A stretch of 64,000 nucleotides of DNA, taken from positions 16,058,001-16,122,000 of the forward strand of contig JBHGNT010000011.1 of assembly GCA_043228905.1 (NCBI GenBank). The letters run 5' to 3'. A model generated the notes under the pieces. It was not told where the DNA came from. It saw only the letters and a list, made by a program, of their open reading frames with translations, and searched no databases. The stretch's first letter is position 1. Every line of letters starts with the position of its first letter. Positions 11,697 through 33,912 of this stretch are shown here, in pieces. The DNA is from Azolla caroliniana (taxonomy: Eukaryota > Plantae > Polypodiophyta). A program made the position numbers and the translations under genes.

Positions 11697-12885
11697 AGTA
11701 GCTAGCCCACCTCCACTCTTAGTTCAAGTTACCTTGAACTCTCTATGCTCCACACATAGACACAAAAATAATATCTTTTGCTCCACCTTATATATGATGA
11801 GAGCCGTATTTGTCGTGCCTATATGGGATATCTCACAATTTTCTCTTTTCTTTTCACAAACTTTATACCCTCATATCTTGACATTTAGTTGTCCATTTCT
11901 CGTGTAATAAAGTGCATTTGAAACCTCCATCATTTTGTACTTAGATATTAAAAATGTTATCTTCACAATTATTGTATTATGTGATTCTTACTCGATTTCG
12001 TACGTTTTATGGGATTTTCACACTATTGCCGAAAATCTTCACGACAGCGTATCGAGTAAATTCATCAATTTGAACTTAACTTTTGTGTTTAAGGATTTTC
12101 ATGTCTCTAAGTAGCTCTCTAATGCACAAACCATTGTTTTTTTTTTCTTCTTCAAAGATTTTCTTCAGTAGTATTAAGGAGAAACACTTGAAGGCTATAA
12201 CTTGAGCTTGTTTGCCCAGAAGCTTACAATAAATTTTATTTTTTATCAAAACAAAATATTGTGGTGTGCATGTGTTCCTTTGTGCCACCCTTTTGGCGCA
12301 CCCTTTTTAGCATGCATGTACCTAAGCCAACCCACTCTTTTAGCACGCATGTAGCTAAGCCAACCCAAATGGGTACCTTTGTATCAACTATAAATTGAGC
12401 AAGAAGTAAGAAGCTAAGCAGGTTGGTTTTGATCTCTTATGTGCATTTCACAATATACTTCCATCAGTTTTTTTACAAACTATTGTTGCAAAACTCCCTA
12501 ACAAAATAGAGGATTGTCATGTCTCAAAGTAGCTCTGCAATATACAATAATACAACCATTGCAAATCTTCACATACAACATAAATGGCATCTTGGTTGGG
12601 CCAGGGCTTGGAAAAATGGATACCAAGAGTAATTAAGTAAGTAAGTACATTACCATAAAATGCAAGTGATGGTTTACTATGACCTAGAGATTGAGGAGTA
12701 GGTACTACTAGTAGGGACACACACACACACATGTATGTATCTATGTATGTACATAGGTATGTAGATATACATATATGTATGTCTATAGAACATAGATAGA
12801 TTTAGTAGATTGATCTTTAACGTCCCCAGGCCAGCATACCTGTTGTGGTCTATGAGAGAGAGGGAGAGAGACATGGGTCAGCAGC

Positions 12886-15780
12886 ATGCACAGAGTAGTG
12901 GGTCGTCGGTGTTTCACGGCTGCTTTGTTACGAGGTCGCCATTGGAGCTCTGCGACGAATCATCATCATCATCATCATCAACAACACCAATCCAATGGTG
13001 GAGCTGTTATTCCCCTCACCTCACAACACCCTTCTCTGCTACAACTCTGCACCGCAGGGCTCCTAGACCAAGCCCTCCATCTTTTGTTGCAGTTTCCAGA
13101 TCCCCTTCCAGCTCACCACGATCATTTGTGTACAGCTTTCCTCAGATCTTGCCAGAAAGAAAAAGATTTGCTTCATACAACGCTCCTTCTCACACATCTC
13201 TCTCAACGCATGCAGTATGAATTGTCAGGTAAGCTTGGTGACTATTTTGTCATAACCTTGGTTAAGTGTGGTGGTATTCAAGAGGCTCTTCAATTGTTTC
13301 TTCGGCTGTCTAGTCGGAGTGTGTATTCGTGGACTGCTCTGATATCTGGTTTCACACACTTTGGTGATGGTTGGAAAGCTATTGGAATGCTTGAATGTAT
13401 GCAAAAGGATGGTTTCCAACCTAACCACTTTACTTTGGTTAGTCTTATCAAAGCATGTGGAAGCATAGGTTGTTTACAAGAAGGCCGGAAAATACATGCC
13501 CTTGTTCGGAATAAAGGTTTGGATTCAGATATTTTCATATCGACCTCGTTGATTAGTATGTATAGTAAATGTGGGAGTCTTCGAGAGTCAGAGGATGTGT
13601 TTAATGAGTTGTTGGACTGTAACGTTGTATCATGGAATGCGATGCTATCGGCATATCTTCAGCATAATCAAGCTGAGAAAGTGTTGGAACTCTATAGAAA
13701 GTTGGCCGATGAAGGAATGGAACCGAATGATGTTACCTTCATGGTTGCCATTCAATCATGTGGTATTCTTGCGAACAAGGAGGAAGTTATTTCAATGATT
13801 GGTCAAGTGATGAAACCAGTGTCCATTTCAATTGGTCAAGCATTGCACGCCGATGCTAAGAAGAAAGGGTTTTCAACAGACGTTGGGAATGCTCTTGTGA
13901 ACCTCTATGGCAAATGCTTAAGCATATCAGAAGCCCATAATGTTTTTAATTCATTGTGCTCGCATAATGTAGCTTCTTGGAATGCGATGATATTGACATA
14001 CGTTGAATATGAACAAGTACATTCGGCATTACAACTTTTCAATCACATGCTTAAAGAAGGTGTGAGCCCTAATGTGTGGACCTTTGTTATTACACTCCAG
14101 GCATGCTGCATTCTTGCAGATAAAGAAGAAAGCTTTCTTGTAGATAGTCATTTTATCAAACCAATTTGTTTGGACATTGTCTGTGCAATACACGACGATG
14201 TGGAACAGAATGGTTTTGCTTCCCACATCTTTGTTGGAAATACTCTATTGACCACATATGGAAAATGTGGAGACATAAAGAAAGCGAAGGAAATTTTTTG
14301 TAGCCTTCATAATTCTAATGTCATTTCATGGAATGCAATGCTCTCAGTTTATATTGAGCAAGACAAAAATGATATGGCTCTGCATTTGTATAGGCAAATG
14401 GTGGAGGATAGGGTATGTTCAAGTGAGCAGACCTTTACAATAGCTATTCAGGCTTGTGTGAATATTCTAGATAAGCAAGAGACTAGTTCTGCGAAAGAAT
14501 CCTCAGAGCTGAAAACAGCTACTGGGATGATTGGAAAAGCGTTACATGCTGATGCATTGAAGAAAGGGTTTGCTTTGAGTGCATATGTTGGAAACAACCT
14601 TGTGACCATGTATGGCAAGTGTGGAATGATTGCTGAAGCAGAATATGCATTTAAGGGCTTGTCTCAATCTAATATTGTGTCGTGGAATGTGATGCTTCTT
14701 GCTTATGTCGACAATGGGTATGGAGAGGAAGCTCTTCAATTGTTTAAATTGATGTGGCGAGAAGGTATGAGTCCTAGTAGGCTTGCATTCAAGTTTGCCC
14801 TTCGAGCTTGTGGTATACTTGCTGATAAGGAAGGTGTTAATTGGGTAAAAGACATTGTTCAAGCATTACATGTTGACATAATAAAGGAAGGATTCATTGA
14901 AGATATATTGGTTGGAAGCAATCTTATGAGTATCTATAGCAAGTTAGGACTAGTGAATGAAGTAGAGAAGGTGTTTGGGGATCTGTTTCTCGATGATGTT
15001 ATGCCATGGAATGTAATGCTATCAGCCTATGTCGAGAATGATCTAAGTGAAGAGGCATTGAAACTTTGTAGGAAGATCCTAGATTATAGTGTGGCAGATG
15101 ATGCTACATTAGTTTGTGTTCTGCAAGCATGTGGTAATCTTGGATGCATTTGTTTCTGTAGAGAGCTTCACTTCATTGTCATATCTACTGGACATATTAA
15201 GAGTTCCCTCATGATAACAACCCTTATTCATGCATATGGTAACTGCGGTAGCATGATAGATGCAGAATTACTGATAAATGAACTACCCAAGTCTGATGTT
15301 GTGACGTGGAGCGCATGTCTTGCTGGCTATGCTAAGCAGGGAAATCTAATTGCAAGCCTTCAGATCTTAAAACAAATGGAATGGATGGTATATACCCCAA
15401 ATGGAGTCACATTTCTTTCTGTTTTTAATGCTTGCAACCATGCTGGGCTTGTGTATATTGGTGTACAATACTTCATTTTAATGCAAAGTCATTACGGGAT
15501 AAATCCAGATTTCAAGTGTTATGCTAGCATGATAGACATGATGGGGCGTGCCGGGGACTTTATACGAGTAGAGAACCTGTTGAAGAAAACACCTAAGCAA
15601 AATGGAAATATATGGATTTGCATGCTGGGTGGATGTCACATCCATGGGAATATGGAGCTTGGAACATATGCATTCCAGCATGCTGTAGAACTACACCCAG
15701 AAGATGCAGCAGCATATGTTTCTATGGCAAACATATATTCTAATAGCCAGATTTATGGAGTGTACAAATGTACAAACTGA
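12886..15780 (+). CDS. PLS-class pentatricopeptide repeat protein with E domain and no DYW domain, 964 aa; organellar RNA-editing factor-like
   Basis: Intronless ORF with repeated MY.KCG...A..VF and VVSWNAML..Y motifs; C-terminal FLSVFNACNHAGLV, YASMIDMMGRAG, W..MLGGCHIHGNMELG and P.DAAAYVSMANIY; Arg-rich, acid-free N-terminus resembling a targeting peptide. Confidence 0.93.
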   Translation: MHRVVGRRCFTAALLRGRHWSSATNHHHHHHQQHQSNGGAVIPLTSQHPSLLQLCTAGLLDQALHLLLQFPDPLPAHHDHLCTAFLRSCQKEKDLLHTTLLLTHLSQRMQYELSGKLGDYFVITLVKCGGIQEALQLFLRLSSRSVYSWTALISGFTHFGDGWKAIGMLECMQKDGFQPNHFTLVSLIKACGSIGCLQEGRKIHALVRNKGLDSDIFISTSLISMYSKCGSLRESEDVFNELLDCNVVSWNAMLSAYLQHNQAEKVLELYRKLADEGMEPNDVTFMVAIQSCGILANKEEVISMIGQVMKPVSISIGQALHADAKKKGFSTDVGNALVNLYGKCLSISEAHNVFNSLCSHNVASWNAMILTYVEYEQVHSALQLFNHMLKEGVSPNVWTFVITLQACCILADKEESFLVDSHFIKPICLDIVCAIHDDVEQNGFASHIFVGNTLLTTYGKCGDIKKAKEIFCSLHNSNVISWNAMLSVYIEQDKNDMALHLYRQMVEDRVCSSEQTFTIAIQACVNILDKQETSSAKESSELKTATGMIGKALHADALKKGFALSAYVGNNLVTMYGKCGMIAEAEYAFKGLSQSNIVSWNVMLLAYVDNGYGEEALQLFKLMWREGMSPSRLAFKFALRACGILADKEGVNWVKDIVQALHVDIIKEGFIEDILVGSNLMSIYSKLGLVNEVEKVFGDLFLDDVMPWNVMLSAYVENDLSEEALKLCRKILDYSVADDATLVCVLQACGNLGCICFCRELHFIVISTGHIKSSLMITTLIHAYGNCGSMIDAELLINELPKSDVVTWSACLAGYAKQGNLIASLQILKQMEWMVYTPNGVTFLSVFNACNHAGLVYIGVQYFILMQSHYGINPDFKCYASMIDMMGRAGDFIRVENLLKKTPKQNGNIWICMLGGCHIHGNMELGTYAFQHAVELHPEDAAAYVSMANIYSNSQIYGVYKCTN

Positions 15781-17085
15781 GAAGTTAAGAAACATTTCTG
15801 GCTAATAGAAATCCCTAAGGAAAGTGTGATGCCATTCACACTGAGGAAAATAAATAGCGACAACAAAAGAGGGAACACATGCTTATGATAGTAAACATGA
15901 TTCATCGTTTCTCTCATCAATCATTCTCAAGAATGACGAAAAGAATGTGTTTACCAAAAGCATCTTCCATTGCTCGAAAAGATTCCAGTCTTGATTGTGA
16001 AGATTCAAAGAGTATCAACTTATTGCTACTAAAGTTGCATTAAATCATGGGGAGAAAGGAAATTAAGTCCAAATAATTTTAATCCAGCAACATTGCTGAT
16101 CCATGGTATCTTCCCAATGATTTACCATGCAGAGTAGTGTCTCTGCTTGCACAAGCGGTTTGAAAATTATATACCCCATTCAATCACTGAACAAAAACTC
16201 AAATCTTTGGATCTTTGATGGCCACACTACAACTGAAGCCATTTAGGTTCATGTATCTTGAGTTTGATTGCAGCTTGCAGGTAGCTGGGTATGCACCAAA
16301 TGTTTGAATTCAGACATGATCTTGGATTGCTAGATAACAATAGGTGGTGATAGCTAGAAATACTTCTTGAAAGTGATGCATACGTACAACTAGAGGAAAT
16401 TCCCTGTTTATGGATGACAAATTTGTCACCTACCTTATGATAAGGGGTTACACCATAGACACTTAAAACACCATGATATCAATAATAATGAAATGGACTA
16501 GAGTGATAGAAATACCAAAAAAATGTATCCATCTAAACACTCAAATATATAGATTGCACGGATTATTTTGCTGTAAATAATTTATTATTATAATGGTGCT
16601 ACCAAATGCGTTTCTAGAGAAACACATTCTTTATTATAGAAAAGAAATAGTAAAGTTATTAGTAGGTTATTGAGGCAAACTAAGCCAGCTATCTTTGCAT
16701 TAGGAAATTCCTAACATAGTTATTAAGGGGCGAATAAAGTTGATAGACTAAACTGGTTGGTCTTTGTGCTACGTTGAAATTGAGTTTATGAATACTATAT
16801 ATAAAAGGTTATTTTATGCTGGAAACAATTTGGTGATCACAGTGATTCATTTCACTAAGAAACTAATAATCACATGCTACGCAAAAGGGTGCTAGAGCTA
16901 TCACTAGTCAAAATAATATAGAACCTTGAACAAAGTAAACGTATGAACACTCCATGCATAGTGTTTGGATTGGTAGGTTACATACCAGCCTTATATATAG
17001 TATAAATCAGGTTTTTTCAACAATATTTGAATTGACATTTTGGCCCCATCAAATCTTGCTTTTTAAATAACATGTAAGTACTTGG

Positions 17086-17530
17086 TAGCTATGGGCCCTA
17101 ATTCAACTCAAACCAAACCAAACTAATATGCCATGGTTTTAACAACTTATTGATTTGAATATAATTAAGCAATGTGATTTATGCAGCTCAACTGAATGGT
17201 TTATTATTAACTTTTATTTTTCCTTTCCTTCATGCTTTTTCGTTTATTGATTTGATTAATTAAATTTTTTTTGCTTAATTAATTTGACTTAAATGGTTTG
17301 GCTTAGATTTGTGATTTAATGGTTTGGTTTAGTTTCAACGTTTTCTTAAATGACTTGGATCTTTTCCTTACATAATTTGTTTAAAAATGTTTGTTGGATT
17401 CATCTTTTCCTTAAATAATTTGTTTTAATCGGTTTGGTCATTCTTACATAGTTTGGTTTGGTTTTCGTTATGTATAAATGGTTTGGCTTGGTTTGGTTTC
17501 AAGGCCAAGAAACAAACTGAGCCCATACCA
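17086..17530. mobile_element. Degenerate hAT-type MITE, same family as 31717-32309
   Basis: Starts TAGCTATGGGCCC and ends GAGCCCATACCA; its internal GGTTTGGTTT repeats and layout are colinear with the 31.7-kb copy; the TSD is eroded. Confidence 0.65.
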
Positions 17531-18096
17531 ACTTGTGGGAAGTGATAATTTTTTTTTCCAATGGGATGACTGCTTGATAACACAACAGCCAATCTAAAGG
17601 CAATTTAATTTGGAACATTTTTTTGAAGCTCTCATAACAGAATTTTATTTTTCTTGTAAAATCTTACATAGACATTCCTTGCCACTTATTCCAAATGGAT
17701 CAAATGCAAAAGAAAAATTTATTTTTGTATCATGAAAAGTGGCATTCTTATTTTCTTGTAAAACCATAGATTTTACAAAGATATTTCATTCCCACTCTTC
17801 TAGATGGATTATGGGTGTAATGAATGCAATTGTAAAAAAGAATCTACATACATCAATGAAAATTTAAAACAGATCCTTGAACTCGTATTGTGCAGCTTCA
17901 TACTGATACTGTTTTCGACAGGCAACTATAACATATATTGAAGTAGTAATCCTAGAATGAATTAAAGAAGTCATCAAATTGTTGGCTTTAGAAATAATAT
18001 CAGCCCATTAAGCAAAAGTCAAAAAAGAAGGGAACTTTCAGATCTCACCATCTGGGGGGCTGAGAATTGTCCCAAGTAATGCATATTCTCATGCCC

Positions 18097-27708
<9,612 letters not shown>

Positions 27709-28114
27709 GGCAAGAAGGAAGGTGGAAATCAAACCAGCTGGGGGGACAAAAACCCCGGAGAGAATAAACTTAGCATAAAAAACCTTCCATGATTCCTCTT
27801 TTCCTCGTGCTTTTTCTTCCACGTCCTTGCGGTGTCACATTCATGATCCACAGAGCTCTCTTCCTACTTTGATGACAGCTTTCTTTTCCTTTCCTTTTTC
27901 TGCTCACACCATGGACGTGAACGTTGTTCTGCCCTGCTCAGGCCATGGATATGTGGATATGGATATTGTGGAGCTTTTTCATAAATAGAGGCAGAGTATA
28001 TACTGAATACCACTTGTAAGAAGATTAGCATATGCTCAAAAAACAGAGATATCCCATCATCCATCCATGTAAATATTTGAGAAGGTTACCCCTCGTAATA
28101 TTGGGAAATTGTAT

Positions 28115-28296
28115 CGTCCGGCAATCTCTCTATCTCTGTTTCACTAGCCAAATACACGTCCGGCAATCTCTCTATCTCTGTTTCATTGGCCAAATACACG
28201 TTCGGAAATCTCTCTATGTTTGTTTCACTAGCCAAATACAGTCGGGAAACCGTATCGTCCGGCAATCTCTTTATCTCTGTTTATTGGCCAAATACA
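28115..28296. repeat. 42-bp tandem repeat, 4 copies, upstream of F2KP
   Basis: Unit CGTCCGGCAATCTCTCTATCTCTGTTTCACTAGCCAAATACA at about 28115, 28157, 28199 and 28256. Confidence 0.88.
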
Positions 28297-29265
28297 GTGG
28301 CCCTTCCGTCTTTGTTGCTTCCCCTGAGGCCCACCCCCCCCCCAACTTCAGCCTCTTGTAAAGAGAGTTGTCAAGTACACCGAGGAGATGCATCCATTGC
28401 ATATGCCATATAATTTGCTTGACCAAAATACAAGACCAGATGATTTGATCGTGTGGTTCGCTTGCTCGAAGGCCATGTTGCACATGTGCTCAAGTAAGGA
28501 TTCACCGATGACTTTCTAGGGGAAAACGGACAATGAGTCGGAGGTATTTTTGAGTTTTTCAAATTGCGAATTATCTAATTCTACCCCGTCTAGTCAATAA
28601 GATAGTGTAGCTCAATCATAATCTCATTGAAATTGTTGAGATTCCTTCACTCTTTAGAGTTTAAGTGCTTTGTCTGTCTTTCTCTAATTGTGCCTCTCAC
28701 TAGCTTTCTTCTAAACCATGTTGTCTTTTTGTCTATTTTAGCTTTATATGGCTAGCACTCAACCATACCTCTACCCACCCTCTCACAAATCACGAGTCTT
28801 CTTGTAAGCCTACATATATGTATATATAAGTCTCTCAACAACATCTTGACCTTTGAGACTTTAGTAAATACTACATTTGTCAATGCTAACTTGTCAATGT
28901 GAGTAATAAAAGACAAATTGAAGTTGACTGAGAGAGGTCATTGTGATTTCAATATACTTTGGGCAGAAAGGGCTCAAGCATGTGAACGTGAAGATATTTG
29001 ACTAACCACTCCAAGATTTTTCATAACAATTATATTACTCTTTTATCCCTATGATAGGAAACTTTAAAAGAGGTATAATGTGTTGATATTAATGAAATCC
29101 TATCACATAAAAACCATCCATAGAATACAACATATTATATTTTAATCATCCATGAGTAGGCCAATACATTCCATAGCCCCCACAGCAAAGCTCCCCGGAG
29201 AAATTATGACACCATCTATTCCACTTTCGATTACAGGACACAAATTGGCCTAGAGACATTAACTT

Positions 29266-29358
29266 TGCAAGGGATAATAAACACAGAGTATATTGAAGTG
29301 AAAGTAGGAACTGTGCAAGGGATAATAAACACAGAGTATATTGGAGTGAAAGTAGGAA
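29266..29358. repeat. Direct tandem duplication of about 48 bp
   Basis: TGCAAGGGATAATAAACACAGAGTATATTG(A/G)AGTGAAAGTAGGAA occurs twice. Confidence 0.85.
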
Positions 29359-29829
29359 GAAATGATCAATCACGAAACAAGAACAACTTGAACAAAATTT
29401 GGGTGGTTGACAACACAATCTCCCAAAACTTATTATTCTTGCTAAATTCAAATAAATTTGCTAGGTAGTCAAATCAAAACACATTGCCCATTTCATATAT
29501 CACATATTGATTTTGTTCTTCAGGCCCAATTCAATGCTTTTGTTGTTTCGATAAGTCGCAAATTGTTTTGTTGATATTCAACAATGAGGCTAAGCAATTT
29601 TATATCGAGTATAAACTATTTAGTTTGCATTTTTGGGATAAGGTATTTTGACTGAACCATCATATTGTTGCATTTTCTAGCTTAATTGTAGCCAAAGGAT
29701 CACCAATATTCTCTCAAATTTTATGCAAAAATATTTGTTACCCTACCAAAATAAATTATTATAAATATTCGATTAAATCCAATGTTAAGTTTTGTGCCCA
29801 TCCTTACGACATGACTTGATTGTCAACTT

Positions 29830-30960
29830 GTGTTCAGGAGTTTAGATGTATGAGTTTGACACAAATCACGTGCACATGTAAAGAACTAGATATTATAGTT
29901 CTATGGATGATGAAGTTGCGGCGGAACATATTGAATAAGATGTGTGTGAGTTGCAAGGGTGAAAGTGAGAGAAATTCACTAGGCACGATAAAGGAAAATT
30001 ACAATGATTATTAACTAAGATAATCAACACTTTATACAAGAAAAAGGGGGGCTTGGTTTATATAGAATATATGTGTCAGTGGACATAGAAGTTAAGATCA
30101 ATCTGAAAAATATAGATTGAGTGGATTGTAATTTGTGGATATCCACTTCTTTCAATGAAAAGACATTTCCCATTTGTTAAGTCAATTGTGAACTTCATCA
30201 TAAACGTGTCCCAGAGAGTGATGGTTCAACATGTTATCTTTACACACCCCTTAAAGGTCAAGTATACCATATTGCCATGCAAAAGATGTGCTTGGAGTTC
30301 ATTCGCGCCCCCTCAAGCTTGATGGATCAAGGAAATGTAGGTGAAGGGTCGTTTGAAAGTTTTTTTTATTTTTTTTAAAGATTCATCTTGGTATTAATGA
30401 AAACATGCCCGATGGCTACAAAGAAATCATGCATGAAAACATAACTTTCATACCCTCATCAACCAATATGTCGATTAGCAAAAGCCCTCGCGCATCTACC
30501 AGAGCATGAAATCAAGGTAAGGGTTGCTGGAATTTATCCAAGTTTGCAAAGGACAAGAGCTTTAGTGAATATATTTGTCATTTGATAATTCGTCAAGATA
30601 TGTTGAAGATCGACATATTGTGATATGACGTAGTCTAGGATGTGGCAAACCAATATCCAAATCCGATGAAGCGTATGGATAAACTCAATGCCAATAAAGT
30701 AACGAAGCACATCCATGTCCTTCATTTGAACTTGGTGTCAAGTAGAGTTTGCACCTTCATAACAATAGCCAAGTGTTCATTTCTATTCACGAGTATGAAT
30801 GCAATGCCATAGACTTAAAATCACATGTACTAGTCATAGTTGTTCAATTTGGGCATCCAAAAAGTGATGTTACTCAAGTACTGCATGATTTTTGGGTTCC
30901 ATGCCCTCAATGTTTTCTTGAGGCCATATAATTGCTTCTTCACTTGACATGTCACATGTA
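29830..30960 (-). mobile_element. Ty1/Copia remnant (RT/RNase H fragments, PPT, probable 3' LTR)
   Basis: MKDMDVLRYFIGIE (RT motif MKDLG.L.YFLGIE) joined to VDLQHI.TN.Q..NIFTKAL (end of RNase H); PPT-like TTGAGGGGG near 30310 and TTTAAGGGGTG|TGT near 30245. Confidence 0.65.
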
Positions 30961-31716
30961 GGCGTCAATCCAACCTAAATCCAAGTAATTTACGCATAAA
31001 ATACAAGTTTCCAACCCATGCGCGATATCTAAATAGAGTAAACCAAAGCCGTAAAGATAATGTATGGGATATTAAAGGGACTCAATCACTTTGATCATCA
31101 TCGAGCTCTAATCTATGATCTGAATCTCCAACAAAATCTTTTGTTTATATGAAAACAATTTAGCATTCTTTTTATCCTCTTTCCATAATTCATATATAAT
31201 CTAATATCCTATTGGCCACACTTTTACAAGAGAGTTTAGTTCTTTATTTAGTAACATGGATATGCAATAAATGGACACATTGATTTATCAAATACATATG
31301 GCATGAGTTACATCAACGAGGAGCTTAAGAGAATCGTTTTCTATATTGAACTATTTAAGCAACATGACGGAGGGGAAAGTACCCAACTTATACTTGGTTA
31401 TTAGAGATCATCCATAAAGTAGACAAATGTGTTGATTTTATAAAATAGTTGAAACTAGTTAGCTATGGAAACCCAATTGATAAAGAGGTTGTAAGCATGA
31501 AATTGGAGCTTGTTAAACTAGATTAATCCTTTCTAAGCTTCAGAAAGCATGTCCATAACAAGATGATATAAAGTTGGCACAAAAGGATTCTCTCTTATTT
31601 ATAGTAACACATGATGAATGCAATACTATTATATGTATAGTTATGTTGTTAATTGTAAAACTTTCTAGGTCAAAATTTCTCTTAGTCTAAGAAAAGGTAG
31701 TGTTCATATTGATGAC

Positions 31717-32309
31717 TAGCAATGGGCCCGATTTCGGCTCGAACCAAACCGAACCATTAAGCCATGGTTTAAAGGTTTATAAGTTCCAAAATAATTAAAT
31801 GGATTGGTTTGGTTTTAATTATTAATAAACTGTTCGGTTTTAGTTCAGTTTGGTTCTAAACTGGGTTTATCGGTTATAGAGGTTTGGTTTAAAGGTTTTT
31901 GGGCTAACTTTTTTTATCCCTTAAATGTTTATGTAATTGAATGGTTTAATTAAGGTTTTTTATTGATTTAATTCACTTAACTTAAATATTTATTTTATCT
32001 AATGGCTTAATTAATGTTATTTTAATTAATTAATTAATTAAACATACATGCTTTTAATTTAGTGTATTTTTATTTATTTAAAATTTTAATTAGTTTGGCT
32101 TAAATGTGGTTAGGTTTAAACCTTTTATTAAAAGGTTCGGTTTGGTTTCAACTTTTCCCTGAACGATTTTGGTTTACCTTTTCTTAAATGGTTTGATTTA
32201 GTGGCTTGAAAGTTCATAAATGGTTTGGTTTAGTTTTTGTTTTATATAAATGGTTTGGTTCAGTTCAGTTTGGTTTCAAGGCAAAGAAACCGAACTGGGC
32301 CCATTGCTA
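31717..32309. mobile_element. Non-autonomous hAT-type MITE (593 bp)
   Basis: TIRs TAGCAATGGGCCC / GGGCCCATTGCTA; perfect 8-bp TSD TTGATGAC at 31709-31716 and 32310-32317; subterminal AACCG/CGGTT repeats. Confidence 0.9.
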
Positions 32310-33912
32310 TTGATGACACAATAAAGGGAATACATACAAGAACAAGAGGGTTCATAGAATCATATATTATCCATTCTAGGTTTTTTTTTGCTATGATATC
32401 GCTAATGACCAATCCTCTAGAATGTACAATTTGCTAAAGTCAACTATTCAACGTGTCGTTGTTGATTTTTGAATGCCATCTTCTCTCATCCATTCAATGT
32501 GATGTTGATTTTTTAGTGGATGGCATTCACTGGCAAATGATACCAAATATGAAGATTAGATCTCAAGTATAAAAAAATGCATCCAAAGTTGAAACATGAC
32601 CTACATGAGCGTACGCTAAATACAAAAATATAAGAACACATACCTAGAATTATTCCTAGTTGAGAGAATGTTGGTAAAAAGGTGATGTGTGTATACAAGC
32701 ATAATGTCCTTAATATGTGTTCTCTAGAGAGAAAAAGGGCTATAGAGTTGAAAAAAAAGACGAAAATTTGTTTCACAGAAACAAAAATCATTAGCACATT
32801 AGGGCAGACCAATCATCATAAAAATGTATTGGTACTTCTGGCAAATGCAAACATTGGTATTACTAGTTGGATGAGGGCAAACCTTGTGGAGAGAGAGTGC
32901 ACATGTGCAAAGTTTAGGCTCAACGTGCACAAGTCTGCCTTTTTGGCTCAATCTAGTTAATGACATTGTTACCCAAGTGGATGGTGACAATAGCATCTCT
33001 AAGACCCCAACGTAACCCAAATATTAGAGGGTGTACCCCATATTATTAAGAACACGACAACTTAAACGAGCCGAATGACATGCGTTGTTGAAACCAAGGT
33101 GTGGGTGTCGACTTGATGTAATTGGTTACTGACACTTTTTGCTCTAACAGGAGGAGTAATAGCGAGAATATGCGCATGGCATGAATGTGGAGACTTACAA
33201 GCGACTTGGTTGCAATCTCCACATAAACTGTCGGAGTGCGACGCTCAAGCGATCATTCGGTGCGGATGTAATAAAAGAGAGTCTCACTCTCAACAAGGGG
33301 GTTGCTTTTGCTTTTTATTGCCTTATTGCCTTTGCCTTTGCACCTTTCTTTCTTTCTTTTTCTTTCTGCAATTTGGATGTCACTTATGTCTTCCTGGGTA
33401 TTATTTGTATGGAATTGGAGAATATGATTGATGCGCCAAAAGTGTGTGAAACCCTTTGAAGCAGATGAATTCAAGGCAGGGGAACCTCCGAGAGACCAGA
33501 AGAAGCCATGCGCCGGGGAGAAGGCCCTAATCTTCCTCTCTGTCCCTGCAGGCTCTCTAAACTTCTGCTGTGTGGGCGATCTCTATCATCCTCCCAGGAT
33601 GCACCCACGGATTATAAAGGTCAGTTGCTTTTTCGTGAGAAGGATTATCCACAAAAAAACCCATCTTAAGTATTTGACAAAACAACCCCTAATTCCTTGC
33701 TATTTGTATGTAATTCAGATATAATGATAGAAAATACCCCTCTTTGAAAGGCGCCCACTTCTCAAAATTTCATGGATGAGCTCCATAGGGCTAAATTATA
33801 GATAGATATTATCGGCGTTTTTATCTCATGTAAACTGAAGCCATTACTCTCAAATTCTGTGGACGGAAAGATTGCAGGATTTTTCGTTTTTGTATATAAT
33901 AATTAAACCACC

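Noticed and set aside
11811-12046. Second short solo LTR/TRIM (TGTCGTG...CACGACA)
   Set aside because: The inverted termini are suggestive, but there is no clean TSD or second copy, so it is too weak to call.
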